64,000 nt of DNA from Escherichia coli. Lineage in GTDB: Bacteria; Pseudomonadota; Gammaproteobacteria; Enterobacterales; Enterobacteriaceae. Below are positions 27,208 to 38,835 of the stretch, one piece after another (positions within the stretch are counted from its first letter, which is position 1; each line of letters begins with the position of its first letter). Where the stretch lies: assembly GCF_013122565.1 (NCBI RefSeq), contig NZ_CP053258.1; one strand, 5' to 3'. The position numbers and the translations under genes were made by a program. The notes beneath the pieces are model-generated. The model was not told the DNA's origin, ran no database searches, and saw only the letters and a program-made list of their open reading frames with translations.

Positions 27208-28416
27208 ATGACCGTAAATTCTTCACGTAATGCATTGAAACGCCGAACCTGGGCGCTGTTTATGTTCTTCTTTTTGCCAGGCCTGTTAATGGCGTCCTGG
27301 GCAACCCGTACGCCTGCTATCCGCGATATTCTCTCTGTCTCGATCGCTGAAATGGGCGGTGTTCTCTTTGGTCTGTCGATCGGTTCGATGAGCGGTATTC
27401 TCTGCTCGGCGTGGTTAGTGAAACGCTTTGGGACACGTAATGTCATCCTGGTCACGATGTCCTGCGCATTGATCGGGATGATGATATTAAGTCTGGCACT
27501 CTGGCTGACATCGCCCCTGCTCTTCGCGGTTGGTCTCGGTGTCTTTGGGGCAAGTTTTGGTTCTGCGGAAGTGGCGATAAACGTTGAAGGTGCCGCCGTT
27601 GAGCGAGAAATGAATAAAACGGTTTTGCCGATGATGCACGGTTTTTATAGCCTGGGCACGCTGGCAGGCGCTGGTGTCGGGATGGCACTGACGGCCTTTG
27701 GCGTTCCGGCAACGGTGCACATTTTATTGGCGGCGCTGGTGGGCATCGCGCCTATTTATATCGCCATTCAGGCAATCCCTGACGGTACGGGCAAAAATGC
27801 TGCCGATGGCACCCAGCATGGCGAAAAAGGCGTACCTTTTTATCGCGATATCCAGTTGCTGTTGATTGGTGTTGTAGTGCTGGCGATGGCCTTTGCCGAA
27901 GGTTCTGCCAACGACTGGTTACCCTTATTAATGGTTGACGGTCACGGTTTTAGCCCTACTTCCGGCTCGCTGATTTATGCCGGTTTTACCCTGGGGATGA
28001 CCGTTGGACGCTTCACCGGCGGTTGGTTCATCGACCGTTACAGTCGCGTTGCCGTGGTTCGTGCCAGTGCACTAATGGGGGCGTTGGGTATTGGGCTGAT
28101 TATTTTTGTCGATAGCGCCTGGGTCGCTGGGGTGTCTGTTGTACTCTGGGGACTGGGTGCCTCGCTGGGCTTCCCGCTGACCATTTCTGCCGCCAGCGAT
28201 ACCGGCCCCGATGCACCAACCCGCGTCAGTGTGGTAGCAACGACCGGTTATCTGGCTTTCCTCGTCGGGCCGCCGCTGCTGGGCTATCTCGGCGAACATT
28301 ATGGATTACGTAGTGCAATGCTGGTTGTACTGGCGCTGGTTATTCTCGCGGCTATTGTCGCGAAAGCCGTCGCCAAACCCGATACCAAAACGCAAACGGC
28401 GATGGAGAATAGTTGA
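27208..28416 (+). CDS. ybjJ: MFS transporter YbjJ
   Basis: 402 aa polytopic membrane protein; K-12 synteny. Confidence 0.9.
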
Positions 28417-29231
28417 TGAGCATTAAATTAATTGCGGTAGACATGGATGGTACTTTCTTAAGCGATCAAAAAACCTATAACCGTGAGCGGTTTATGGCTC
28501 AGTATCAGCAAATGAAAGCACAAGGCATTCGCTTTGTGGTCGCCAGCGGGAATCAATATTATCAGTTGATCTCTTTCTTCCCTGAAATTGCTAATGAAAT
28601 TGCCTTTGTGGCTGAAAACGGCGGCTGGGTAGTGAGCGAAGGCAAAGATGTTTTTAATGGCGAGCTGTCGAAGGATGCGTTTGCTACTGTCGTGGAACAT
28701 TTGCTGACGCGCCCGGAAGTGGAAATTATTGCCTGCGGAAAAAATAGCGCCTATACACTCAAAAAATATGACGATGCCATGAAAACGGTGGCGGAAATGT
28801 ATTATCACCGTCTGGAATACGTCGATAACTTTGACAACTTAGAAGATATCTTCTTTAAGTTTGGCCTGAATCTTTCCGATGAACTGATTCCACAAATACA
28901 AAAAGCATTACATGAGGCCATCGGCGATATTATGGTGCCGGTCCACACCGGCAACGGCAGCATCGATCTGATTATCCCCGGCGTACATAAAGCCAATGGC
29001 CTTCGCCAACTGCAGAAATTATGGGGAATAGACGACAGCGAAGTAGTGGTCTTTGGCGATGGCGGTAACGATATTGAGATGCTGCGTCAGGCAGGCTTTA
29101 GTTTTGCTATGGAAAATGCCGGCAGCGCGGTCGTCGCAGCTGCAAAATACCGGGCAGGCTCCAATAACCGTGAAGGCGTACTGGATGTGATCGATAAAGT
29201 GCTTAAACACGAAGCGCCATTTAACCAATAA
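28416..29231 (+). CDS. ybjI: HAD-family (Cof-like) phosphatase YbjI
   Basis: [15 protein letters not shown]... (DxDGT motif); ATGA overlap with ybjJ. Confidence 0.9.
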   Translation: MSIKLIAVDMDGTFLSDQKTYNRERFMAQYQQMKAQGIRFVVASGNQYYQLISFFPEIANEIAFVAENGGWVVSEGKDVFNGELSKDAFATVVEHLLTRPEVEIIACGKNSAYTLKKYDDAMKTVAEMYYHRLEYVDNFDNLEDIFFKFGLNLSDELIPQIQKALHEAIGDIMVPVHTGNGSIDLIIPGVHKANGLRQLQKLWGIDDSEVVVFGDGGNDIEMLRQAGFSFAMENAGSAVVAAAKYRAGSNNREGVLDVIDKVLKHEAPFNQ

Positions 29232-29315
29232 AACGGCAGCACGCCCGGCAACACAATACCAGAATGAAGGTTGCATAATTCGCGGAAATTAACCCGCTGC
29301 ATTATTTCAGGCGAA

Positions 29316-29600
29316 ATGTTTATGAAAAATTGTCTACTGTTGGGCGCGCTTTTAATGGGCTTTACTGGTGTGGCGATGGCGCAAAGTGTCACCGTCGATG
29401 TGCCGAGTGGATACAAAGTGGTTGTGGTTCCTGATTCAGTCAGCGTTCCACAAGCGGTCAGCGTCGCGACTGTGCCGCAAACCGTCTATGTGGCTCCTGC
29501 GCCAGCTCCGGCTTACCGCCCGCATCCTTATGTTCGCCATCTTGCCAGCGTAGGTGAAGGGATGGTTATCGAACACCAGATTGACGACCATCACCATTAA
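29316..29600 (+). CDS. ybjH: Small secreted protein YbjH
   Basis: MFMKNCLLLGALLMGFTGVAMA signal peptide; 94 aa. Confidence 0.8.
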   Translation: MFMKNCLLLGALLMGFTGVAMAQSVTVDVPSGYKVVVVPDSVSVPQAVSVATVPQTVYVAPAPAPAYRPHPYVRHLASVGEGMVIEHQIDDHHH

Positions 29601-29606
29601 TTCGAG

Positions 29607-29642
29607 AATGCCTGATCGCACAAAGCAATCAGGCATTTTTTT
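29607..29642. terminator. Bidirectional rho-independent terminator between ybjH and mdfA
   Basis: aatgcctgat ... atcaggcatt stem flanked by T-tract. Confidence 0.7.
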
Positions 29643-30873
29643 ACCCTTCGTGAGAATTTCCCATCTGTTTATCTTTTAAAAAGATAACCATCAGCGACAG
29701 CCACAAAATTCCGTTGACAAGGTTGAAGAGATTAAACAGTCCGTTGCCCCCGTTCAGCCAGGCATGTTTGCTGATTTCAATACCGACGGTAAAGATCAGC
29801 ATTTGCAGCATTCCCATCGCCGCAGAAACCGTACCTTTACTCATATCGCTGGCAAACAGGGTTAATCGCACCAGTCCCGCATTCGCCAGACCAATACCGA
29901 AAGCATAAATACTTAACCCGGCGGTCATCCATAAATACGCGTGCGATGAGATAACCGTTGCCGCAGCAGCGACCAACAGACCAATCATAATCGGCCAGCC
30001 GCCCATAATAATCAGCGAACGTACGGTGCGGCGCGAGGTCAGACGCGCTAACAGCAAGTTACCCGCAATTAACGCCCCGAAAATAGGCACTTGCAGCAAA
30101 CCATATTCATAGCTGCTCAACTGCTCGCCGGTAATGATGATAATCGGCGACTGGGCGATCCACGCCAGCAACGGCAGGCTAACGAATCCCAGCGCCAGCG
30201 CCCCCGCCACAAAGCGACCGTTCTTCAGCACCAGCTTATAATCACGACCGAGTTCTTTCAGCGACAGTTTCTCGCCTATACGCGTGGCGGTTTCAGGCAT
30301 GGCTCGTTGCAGACCGAAAAAGGAGATCGCTGCCAATGCGGCAAACAAGACAAACATCCCCTCCCAGGGCAGCACATGGATCCACGCCGCGCCCACCAGC
30401 GGACCAAGTAGCGGAGCAATCAGCGCCACGTTCGCCATCAGCGCGGTGATCTTGATACAAACCGCCTCTTCGAAGGATTCCTGAATTGCGGCGTATCCCA
30501 CAGCGCCAATGAAACAGAGGCTTATGCCCTGCAAGAAGCGCAACAGGGTGAATTGTTCAATGTTTTGCGCCAATAATATTGCCAGACAGGTGACAATAAA
30601 CCACACCACACCCGCCAGCATCACCGGCCGGCGACCAATACGATCCGACAGCGGCCCCAGGAGCCATTGTAAAAACATCCCGCCCGCCAGATACGCGGTC
30701 ATCGAAGTAGGAACCCAATCAATGCCCGCCTGATATTGTTCCACCACGGCCAACATACCGGGTTGAATCATATCGTTGCCGATATAGGTTGAAAATTCGT
30801 AAAGCACCAGACAGAGAGGGAAAAGTAACGCCTGACGTCCAAGCCTGGCACCGGAAGCTAATTTATTTTGCAT
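29641..30873 (-). CDS. mdfA: Multidrug efflux MFS transporter MdfA (Cmr)
   Basis: Trimmed to [14 protein letters not shown]... (410 aa). Confidence 0.95.
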
Positions 30874-31157
30874 GCAATTTCTTCGCCAATAATAATCGCG
30901 CAAAGTTTAATAAAAGCGCAGCTAACGAGAAAGCGAATTTTGTAGCTGAAACCGCGGTTAAGCACATTCTTACATTATTGCGAGTATAGCTACGCTTTCT
31001 TTAAGTTTTATTTAACCTATGCCCGTTACAATCACCCACCGTAAACAGGCCGCTTGAGGGAAATAAGACGATGCCGCTTTACCCAGTTTAACCTGCACTT
31101 TATTCTCAACGACTTGCCTGTATTGGCTCCCTTTTAATCACTTTGCGTCGGGAAGTT

Positions 31158-31754
31158 ATGCTGGAAAATTTGAATCTCTCTCTATTCTCTCTTATTAACG
31201 CGACGCCAGACTCGGCTCCGTGGATGATCTCGTTGGCGATTTTTATTGCTAAAGATTTGATTACCGTGGTGCCGCTGCTGGCCGCGGTACTTTGGTTGTG
31301 GGGGCTTACAGCACAACGGCAACTGGTGATAAAAATCGCTATCGCGCTGGCGGTCAGCCTGTTTGTGTCCTGGACGATGGGACATCTTTTTCCGCACGAC
31401 CGACCGTTTGTCGAAAATATCGGCTATAACTTCCTGCATCATGCGGCGGATGACTCATTCCCGAGCGATCACGGTACGGTGATTTTCACCTTTGCACTGG
31501 CATTTTTATGCTGGCATCGCCTGTGGTCCGGCTCACTTTTAATGGTGCTGGCCGTCGTCATTGCCTGGTCGCGCGTTTATCTTGGCGTCCACTGGCCGCT
31601 GGATATGCTCGGTGGATTGCTGGCAGGTATGATTGGCTGCCTTAGCGCCCAGATTATCTGGCAAGCGATAGGGCATAAACTCTATCAACGTCTGCAATCG
31701 TGGTATCGCTTCTGTTTTGCATTACCGATCCGCAAAGGCTGGGTGCGTGACTGA
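31158..31754 (+). CDS. ybjG: Undecaprenyl-diphosphate phosphatase YbjG (PAP2 family)
   Basis: Trimmed to MLENLNLSLFSLINATPDSAPW... (198 aa). Confidence 0.9.
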   Translation: MLENLNLSLFSLINATPDSAPWMISLAIFIAKDLITVVPLLAAVLWLWGLTAQRQLVIKIAIALAVSLFVSWTMGHLFPHDRPFVENIGYNFLHHAADDSFPSDHGTVIFTFALAFLCWHRLWSGSLLMVLAVVIAWSRVYLGVHWPLDMLGGLLAGMIGCLSAQIIWQAIGHKLYQRLQSWYRFCFALPIRKGWVRD

Positions 31755-31811
31755 TCTCTGCTAAAAAGTGTAGTATTGAGCGGCTCGCTTCAATAACTAT
31801 TCAGAGGGATT

Positions 31812-32570
31812 ATGGAAACACGTCGCGAAGAGCGTATCGGGCAGCTGCTGCAAGAATTAAAACGCAGCGATAAGTTACATCTTAAAGACGCCGCCGCCCT
31901 GCTTGGGGTTTCGGAGATGACGATTCGTCGCGATCTGAACAACCACAGTGCGCCCGTCGTTTTGCTCGGCGGCTATATTGTTCTGGAACCGCGCAGTGCC
32001 AGCCATTACCTGTTAAGCGATCAAAAATCCCGCCTGGTGGAAGAAAAACGCCGGGCGGCAAAACTGGCTGCGACACTGGTAGAACCCGATCAGACCCTCT
32101 TTTTTGACTGTGGCACCACCACGCCGTGGATTATTGAAGCGATTGATAATGAAATCCCTTTTACCGCCGTTTGTTATTCGCTAAATACCTTTCTGGCGCT
32201 GAAAGAGAAACCCCATTGCCGCGCATTTCTGTGCGGTGGTGAATTTCACGCCAGCAACGCCATTTTCAAACCCATCGATTTTCAGCAAACGCTGAATAAT
32301 TTTTGCCCGGATATCGCTTTTTATTCTGCGGCGGGCGTGCATGTCAGTAAAGGCGCTACCTGTTTTAATCTTGAAGAGTTGCCGGTAAAACACTGGGCCA
32401 TGTCGATGGCGCAAAAGCATGTGCTGGTTGTCGACCACAGTAAATTTGGCAAGGTGCGTCCGGCGCGCATGGGTGACCTGAAACGCTTTGATATTGTGGT
32501 GAGTGATTGTTGCCCGGAAGATGAGTATGTGAAGTACGCGCAGACGCAGCGTATTAAGTTGATGTATTAA
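31812..32570 (+). CDS. deoR: DeoR deoxyribose operon repressor
   Basis: METRREERIGQLLQELKRSDKLHLKDAAALLGVSEMTIRRDLN...; 252 aa. Confidence 0.95.
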   Translation: METRREERIGQLLQELKRSDKLHLKDAAALLGVSEMTIRRDLNNHSAPVVLLGGYIVLEPRSASHYLLSDQKSRLVEEKRRAAKLAATLVEPDQTLFFDCGTTTPWIIEAIDNEIPFTAVCYSLNTFLALKEKPHCRAFLCGGEFHASNAIFKPIDFQQTLNNFCPDIAFYSAAGVHVSKGATCFNLEELPVKHWAMSMAQKHVLVVDHSKFGKVRPARMGDLKRFDIVVSDCCPEDEYVKYAQTQRIKLMY

Positions 32571-32616
32571 TGAAGTATAACCGGATGACGTTTCGCGCCA
32601 TCCGGTTATCACAAAA

Positions 32617-33819
32617 TTAAGAGAACCAGCTGCCGAACCACTGATGGAATTTCATCATCACGAAATCCCACATCCGACCAAAGAATCCGCCCTCTTCCAC
32701 ATTTTCCATCACGATCAGCGGACGCTGCTCAATGGATTTACCGTTAAGCTGGAAATCAATGGTGCCGACAACCTGACCTTTTTTCAGCGGTGCGGTAAGC
32801 TGCGGTTCCGTTAACGTGTAGCTCGCCTTCAGGTTTTTCAGCTGCCCACGCGGTATGGTCACTGAGCCCGCTTCGCCTGCCCCGAGATTCACTTCGCTCT
32901 TATCACCAAACCAGACGCGCTGAGTCACAAAGGTGGCATCAGGTTTAATTGGCGTCACGGTTTCAAAGAAGCGGAAACCCCAGGTCAATAATTTCTCAGA
33001 CTCATTAAAACGGATACGGTCAGTTTTCGCCCCCAGCACTACGGAGATTAAACGCATATCACCCTGGGTAGCCGAAGCAACCAGATTATATCCCGCGCCT
33101 GCCGTGGTTCCTGTCTTCATGCCATCAACATTCAGATTGCTGCTCCACAGCAGACGGTTACGGTTAGGCTGACGAATTTTGTTGAAGGTGAACTCTTTCT
33201 CTTTATGAATGGCGTACTCTTCCGGCACATCGTGGATCAATGCTTTACCCAGCAATGCCATATCGCGCGCGGTACTGAACTGCCCCGGCGCATCCAGACC
33301 GTGCACCGTCTGGAAGGTAGTGTTGGTCAGACCCAGTTTTTTGGCATAACCATTCATCAAACCAATAAATGACTCCTGGCTCCCGGCAACGTAATCGGCC
33401 AGCGCAATACAGGCGTCATTACCGGACTGGATAATCACACCTTTGTTCAAGTCTGCCACCGAAACCTGATCGCCCGGTTTGAGGAACATTACCGATGAAC
33501 CACGCAGTGCCGGATTTCCCGTCGCCCAGGCATCTTTACCGACCGTCACCATATCGGTGAGTTTAATCTTATCGGCCTTAAGCGCCTGCCCAACCACATA
33601 GCTGGTCATGATTTTAGTCAGGCTTGCGGGATCCAGTTTCTCATCCGCATTGCCTTCTGCCAGCACTTTACCGCTGGCGTAATCCATTAAAATCCATGCA
33701 CGCGCATCCACGCTCGGCGCTTCAACGGTTTGTTCCGCCGCGAATGCCGTTGGGGCAAAAAGGAATAAAAATGCAGAACCCGCTGCAAGACCACGAAGGA
33801 GAGAGGAGTATTGCGTCAT
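32617..33819 (-). CDS. dacC: D-alanyl-D-alanine carboxypeptidase DacC (PBP6)
   Basis: Trimmed to [20 protein letters not shown]... (400 aa); SxxK motif context. Confidence 0.95.
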   Translation of the reverse strand: MTQYSSLLRGLAAGSAFLFLFAPTAFAAEQTVEAPSVDARAWILMDYASGKVLAEGNADEKLDPASLTKIMTSYVVGQALKADKIKLTDMVTVGKDAWATGNPALRGSSVMFLKPGDQVSVADLNKGVIIQSGNDACIALADYVAGSQESFIGLMNGYAKKLGLTNTTFQTVHGLDAPGQFSTARDMALLGKALIHDVPEEYAIHKEKEFTFNKIRQPNRNRLLWSSNLNVDGMKTGTTAGAGYNLVASATQGDMRLISVVLGAKTDRIRFNESEKLLTWGFRFFETVTPIKPDATFVTQRVWFGDKSEVNLGAGEAGSVTIPRGQLKNLKASYTLTEPQLTAPLKKGQVVGTIDFQLNGKSIEQRPLIVMENVEEGGFFGRMWDFVMMKFHQWFGSWFS

Positions 33820-34064
33820 AAATGCCACCCGAGTATCCATTCAAAAAAATACGTTATATCGCCGTATGATAAGTTCGGTGATTAATAACGCACACACAAA
33901 CTTAAAGAAACCGTAAGTTGGTAAAGTTTTTAAAGTTTATGCAATATCCTGCCGCTTCGCTGCTTCTGGTGTCATTTTTTTGCCAGCTGTTGCTTAAAAG
34001 TTAACTTTACTTCACCATCGGAGTCCTGTTCAGCCTGTGGCTGCCTGTCGGAAAAGGGGGGAGT

Positions 34065-34691
34065 ATGATTACGCTGTGGGGTCGGAATAATTCAACTAAC
34101 GTAAAAAAAGTATTGCTGACGCTCGAAGAACTGGAACTACCTTATGAGCAAATTCTCGCGGGCCGTGAGTTTGGGATAAATCACGATGCTGATTTTCTGG
34201 CGATGAACCCTAACGGGCTGGTGCCGTTGTTACGTGACGACGAAAGTGATCTCATTCTTTGGGAATCAAACGCCATTGTCCGCTATCTGGCGGCACAGTA
34301 CGGGCAAAAACGTCTGTGGATCGACTCACCGGCACGTCGTGCGGAAGCGGAAAAATGGATGGACTGGGCAAACCAGACACTCAGTAATGCTCATCGCGGG
34401 ATCCTGATGGGATTAGTCAGAACACCACCCGAAGAGCGCGATCAGGCCGCCATTGATGCCAGTTGCAAAGAGTGCGACGCCCTGTTTGCCCTGCTCGATG
34501 CGGAACTGGCAAAAGTAAAATGGTTCTCTGGCGACGAGTTTGGTGTGGGCGATATCGCTATCGCACCGTTCATCTACAATTTGTTTAACGTTGGCCTGAC
34601 CTGGACACCGCGTCCAAATCTGCAACGCTGGTATCAGCAACTCACTGAACGCCCCGCAGTGCGCAAAGTGGTGATGATTCCCGTTAGCTAA
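34065..34691 (+). CDS. gstB: Glutathione S-transferase GstB (YliJ)
   Basis: 208 aa; K-12 synteny. Confidence 0.9.
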
Positions 34692-35803
34692 TTGCGTGGG
34701 CTAACTTTAAGTAATTCCCCAATGGACTCGTCGGTGAGAACGTATAAATAACCGTCGGGTCCAGTGCGAACATCACGAATTCGCTGCCCTCTGTCCGTTA
34801 AAATACGGCCATCTTCTGTCACTTTGTCGCCGTTGACGCTCATCACAATGACATCTTTATCTTTCAGCGCGCCAATAAATAATTTTTGCTGCCACTGGGG
34901 GAATTTATCGCTGTTATAGAAGGCCATGCCGCTCACGGCGGGCGAATCTTTCCAGTAAAAAACAGGTTGCTCGGTCCCGGCGACGATCTCCCCTTTCGCT
35001 TCCGGTATCTTAAAGCCTGAATAGTTGATTCCCCAGGTTGCCAGCGGCCAGCCGTAGTTTTTGCCTTTTTGCGGGATATTAATTTCATCACCTCCGCGCG
35101 GGCCATGTTCATTCAGCCACAGTGCATTACTCCACGGATTCATCGCCATTCCTTGCGGATTACGAATGCCATAAGACCAGATCTCGGCGCGCGCACCGGA
35201 TTCCTTTATAAAAGGATTATCATCCGGGATTTCGCCCTGGTCGGTCAGTCGCACCAGTTTGCCCTGTAATTTATCCAGATCCTGCGCCGTCGGGCGCTGA
35301 TTGTTTTCGCCCAGAGCAATAAAAAGATAACCTTTACCGTCGAATACCAGCCGCCCGCCAAAATGGTTGCCGGTAGACAGTTTTGGCATCTGGCGAAAGA
35401 CGGTGCGAAAGTCGGTCACTTTTGAGAGATCATCACTTAAGCGGCCATAACCCACAGCAGTTCCGGCTTTGCCATCATCACCAACTTCGGAATAACTTAA
35501 CCAGATGCGGCGAGACTGAGCAAAATCAGGCGCTAAAACCACGTCCAGCAGGCCGCCCTGCCCGTGCGCCCAAACGTCCGGAACTCCGGAAAGCGGCGCA
35601 GATAATCCTTTTCCTGCTTGCCAGTGACGCAACTCGCCGCCGCGCAGAGTGATTAACATACCGTGATTGTCGGGTAAAAAGGCCAGCGCCCAGGGATGGT
35701 CGAGTTTGTCTTGCAGTACTTCGACATTTACCGTTGCAGGAGCCGCCCAGAGAGCGGAAGAAAGACAAATAAGGGGCACAAGGAAAAAGGATTGTCGATG
35801 CAT
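34688..35803 (-). CDS. yliI: PQQ-dependent aldose sugar dehydrogenase YliI
   Basis: 371 aa with signal peptide; synteny. Confidence 0.9.
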
Positions 35804-35913
35804 AACGCCTCCGGATTGACTCTGGCTTAAAGCGTAGTCAGTGGAGGAGATAACAAATTCATTTTTACAAAAACTTAAACATGAAGGGGGAGACGCTTTC
35901 TCCCCCTTAGTTT

Positions 35914-36297
35914 TCAGGCCTTCTCAAGCATGGCGTGCTTCTGCAGGCTCTGGATACTCAGCGTTAAGCTCATCAGACAATTTTCAAGCTTATCGGCGTT
36001 GACGGTAATAACAGTCGGGCAATCATGGTGCCCACTCATCAAACATACTGCGGCTGTCGCTAATGCTTCTTCAGCATGATGAAGAGCACTCCACTCTTCC
36101 TGATCCAGATGAAGATTCAACCGCAGCGATTTATCGTGCAGTTCGCGATTCAGTTTAAAAAAGTTATCTCGTAGATGATTGCTTTCGCTGACGGACATGT
36201 ATCCTTTTGCCTTCCTCAGTTGCACGTATGCGGCGAGGTCAACGCGTGCGTCGATCAACCGGTTCAGCAGATCGATTCGCTGTCTGTCAACGAACAT
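35914..36297 (-). CDS. bssR: Biofilm regulator BssR (YliH)
   Basis: Trimmed to MFVDRQRIDLLNRLIDARVDLAAY... (127 aa). Confidence 0.9.
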   Translation of the reverse strand: MFVDRQRIDLLNRLIDARVDLAAYVQLRKAKGYMSVSESNHLRDNFFKLNRELHDKSLRLNLHLDQEEWSALHHAEEALATAAVCLMSGHHDCPTVITVNADKLENCLMSLTLSIQSLQKHAMLEKA

Positions 36298-36509
36298 ACT
36301 TCGATCCTCCTCTTTCCAGCCTTGTTGCAATTAAATAGTATGGCTATTTTTTGAGCAAAATGCTGTCCAGGATCAATTCTTCACGCCGAATTAACAAAAT
36401 TTACATTTCCTTCGCCTCCGCCAGCGAATGAGATTGCGATACAAATTTTATCCAGAACTCTGTAGAATCCCTGCCCTGACCTTTCCTGTAACTGAATATT
36501 TTTTAAGCT

Positions 36510-37835
36510 ATGAGCAAAGTAACTCCCCAGCCGAAAATCGGCTTTGTTTCCCTTGGCTGTCCGAAAAACCTTGTCGATTCAGAGCGTATTCTCACCGAAC
36601 TCCGCACTGAAGGTTATGACGTGGTACCGAGCTATGACGATGCGGACATGGTGATCGTCAACACCTGCGGCTTTATTGACAGCGCGGTACAAGAATCACT
36701 GGAAGCCATTGGTGAAGCGTTGAATGAAAACGGCAAGGTAATTGTGACCGGGTGTCTGGGGGCAAAAGAAGATCAGATCCGCGAAGTCCACCCGAAAGTG
36801 CTGGAAATCACCGGGCCTCATAGCTATGAGCAGGTTCTGGAGCACGTTCATCACTACGTGCCAAAACCGAAACACAACCCGTTCCTGAGCCTGGTGCCAG
36901 AACAAGGTGTCAAACTGACGCCGCGTCATTATGCTTATCTGAAAATTTCTGAAGGCTGTAATCACCGCTGCACCTTCTGCATTATTCCGTCTATGCGCGG
37001 CGATCTGGTGAGCCGTCCGATTGGCGAAGTGTTAAGTGAAGCGAAACGTCTGGTAGATGCTGGCGTTAAAGAGATTCTGGTGATCTCGCAGGATACTTCC
37101 GCCTATGGCGTTGATGTTAAACATCGTACTGGCTTCCACAACGGCGAGCCGGTAAAAACCAGCATGGTCAGCCTGTGCGAACAGTTATCGAAACTGGGGA
37201 TCTGGACACGTCTGCACTACGTTTACCCTTATCCGCATGTGGACGACGTCATCCCACTGATGGCAGAAGGCAAAATCCTGCCGTATCTGGACATTCCGTT
37301 GCAGCACGCCAGCCCGCGCATTCTCAAACTGATGAAGCGTCCGGGTTCTGTAGATCGCCAACTGGCGCGCATCAAACAGTGGCGCGAAATCTGCCCGGAA
37401 CTGACCCTACGCTCAACCTTTATTGTCGGCTTCCCTGGCGAGACAGAAGAAGATTTCCAGATGCTACTCGACTTCCTGAAAGAAGCGCGTCTGGATCGCG
37501 TTGGCTGCTTTAAATACAGCCCGGTTGAAGGTGCAGACGCCAATGCCCTGCCTGACCAGGTTCCGGAAGAAGTGAAAGAAGAACGCTGGAACCGTTTCAT
37601 GCAGCTGCAGCAGCAGATTTCCGCCGAGCGCCTGCAAGAGAAAGTGGGCCGTGAAATTCTGGTGATTATCGACGAAGTGGACGAAGAAGGCGCTATTGGT
37701 CGCAGCATGGCAGATGCACCGGAAATCGACGGCGCGGTTTATCTCAATGGTGAAACCAACGTTAAGCCGGGTGATATCCTGCGTGTGAAAGTCGAGCACG
37801 CCGATGAGTACGATTTGTGGGGTAGCCGGGTTTAA
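36510..37835 (+). CDS. rimO: Ribosomal protein S12 methylthiotransferase RimO (radical SAM)
   Basis: 441 aa; CxxxCxxC in ...[14 protein letters not shown]... Confidence 0.95.
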
Positions 37836-38019
37836 TTAATCTAAAGGCAGATCTAACAAGGATATTGTTCTTCGATCTGCCTCTACTACCCTTCCCGATG
37901 TCCTACCCTTACGCACAAAATCCCCTGACGCATAAATCGAGAAAAATGAATCGTACTCGAGGCAACTCTCACTTTTTCACACCAAATTAAAGTTTTGATC
38001 GCAATTACTTGAAATAAGC

Positions 38020-38045
38020 GTAATGGTTACTATAGTAAACATTAC
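38020..38045. promoter_or_regulatory. Imperfect palindrome overlapping a -10-like TATAGT upstream of the toxin-antitoxin pair (autoregulatory operator candidate)
   Basis: gtaatggttactatagtaaacattac. Confidence 0.4.
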
Positions 38046-38060
38046 CACAAGGATGGATGT

Positions 38061-38447
38061 ATGGGTGTGTATAAGGCAAGGCGATTCAGCCAAAGCACGA
38101 AAAAACTTGGTATTCACGATAAAGTTCTCATGGCTGCCGCTGAAGAAGTGATGCAAGGCATATGGGAGGCTGATTTAGGTAGCGGTGTCATCAAAAAACG
38201 GTTACCCCTCCAACAAGGAAAGAGTGGTGGAGCCAGAACAATTATCTTTTTTAAATCAGCAAATCATGTGTTTTTTTATGATGGTTGGTCCAAGAGTGGT
38301 CTAAGCAGTAAAGGAACCAAAGAAATCGAAGATGATGAACTGGCAGCCTACAAAAAAATGGCAAATGCATTTCTGGCCTTTAGCAATAAGCAAATAGAGG
38401 ATTTGATCGAAACTGGCTTCTTGATTGAGGTGAAAAATGAGCGATAA
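38061..38447 (+). CDS. Type II toxin, RelE/ParE superfamily (HigB-2-like), toxin-first arrangement
   Basis: 128 aa; ...GKSGGARTIIFFKSANHVFFYDGWSKS... pattern typical of this toxin family. Confidence 0.65.
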   Translation: MGVYKARRFSQSTKKLGIHDKVLMAAAEEVMQGIWEADLGSGVIKKRLPLQQGKSGGARTIIFFKSANHVFFYDGWSKSGLSSKGTKEIEDDELAAYKKMANAFLAFSNKQIEDLIETGFLIEVKNER

Positions 38448-38766
38448 ATTACAAATGATGCTGGAAGATGCAAAGGAACTGAATGCATTGGGCCTGATGT
38501 CTGATAGTGAGGTTGATGCCATTGCCGTCATGGTCAAAGCCCGTGAAGTCAGCGCCCGTATAGCCAAAGTCAAATCAATGACGGGTGAAGAGATCAAAGC
38601 CATCCGCACCCGATACGGCATGTCACAATCCGTGCTGGCACATACAATGGGAATGTCAAAAGAAAGTGTCTCGAAATGGGAACGTAATGAAATAAAACCG
38701 AGCGGCCCGGCACTACGTATTTTGAATACATTGGCAATAAAAGGGCCGGAAGTTTTTGCAAAGTAA
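38437..38766 (+). CDS. HTH (Xre/NadS-like) antitoxin
   Basis: 109 aa; C-terminal HTH ...YGMSQSVLAHTMGMSKESVSKWERNE...; 11-bp overlap with toxin gene. Confidence 0.65.
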   Translation: MSDKLQMMLEDAKELNALGLMSDSEVDAIAVMVKAREVSARIAKVKSMTGEEIKAIRTRYGMSQSVLAHTMGMSKESVSKWERNEIKPSGPALRILNTLAIKGPEVFAK

Positions 38767-38835
38767 AATGTTTGCAAATGATTTACCACATTCATTAGTA
38801 CCCCTTGATTCAGGGGTACTAACACTATTCTAATT

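Noticed and set aside
29641-30903. Extended 420-aa mdfA reading frame (also the 808-aa pdeI, 601-aa gsiB, 659-aa gsiA, 407-aa dacC extensions)
   Set aside because: Upstream in-frame extensions lack an RBS and exceed the lengths I recall for these proteins; starts trimmed to the conserved N-termini.
37846-37881. Hairpin after rimO as a rho-independent terminator
   Set aside because: Stem ggcagatc/gatctgcc has a 20-nt loop and no T-tract, too weak to call.
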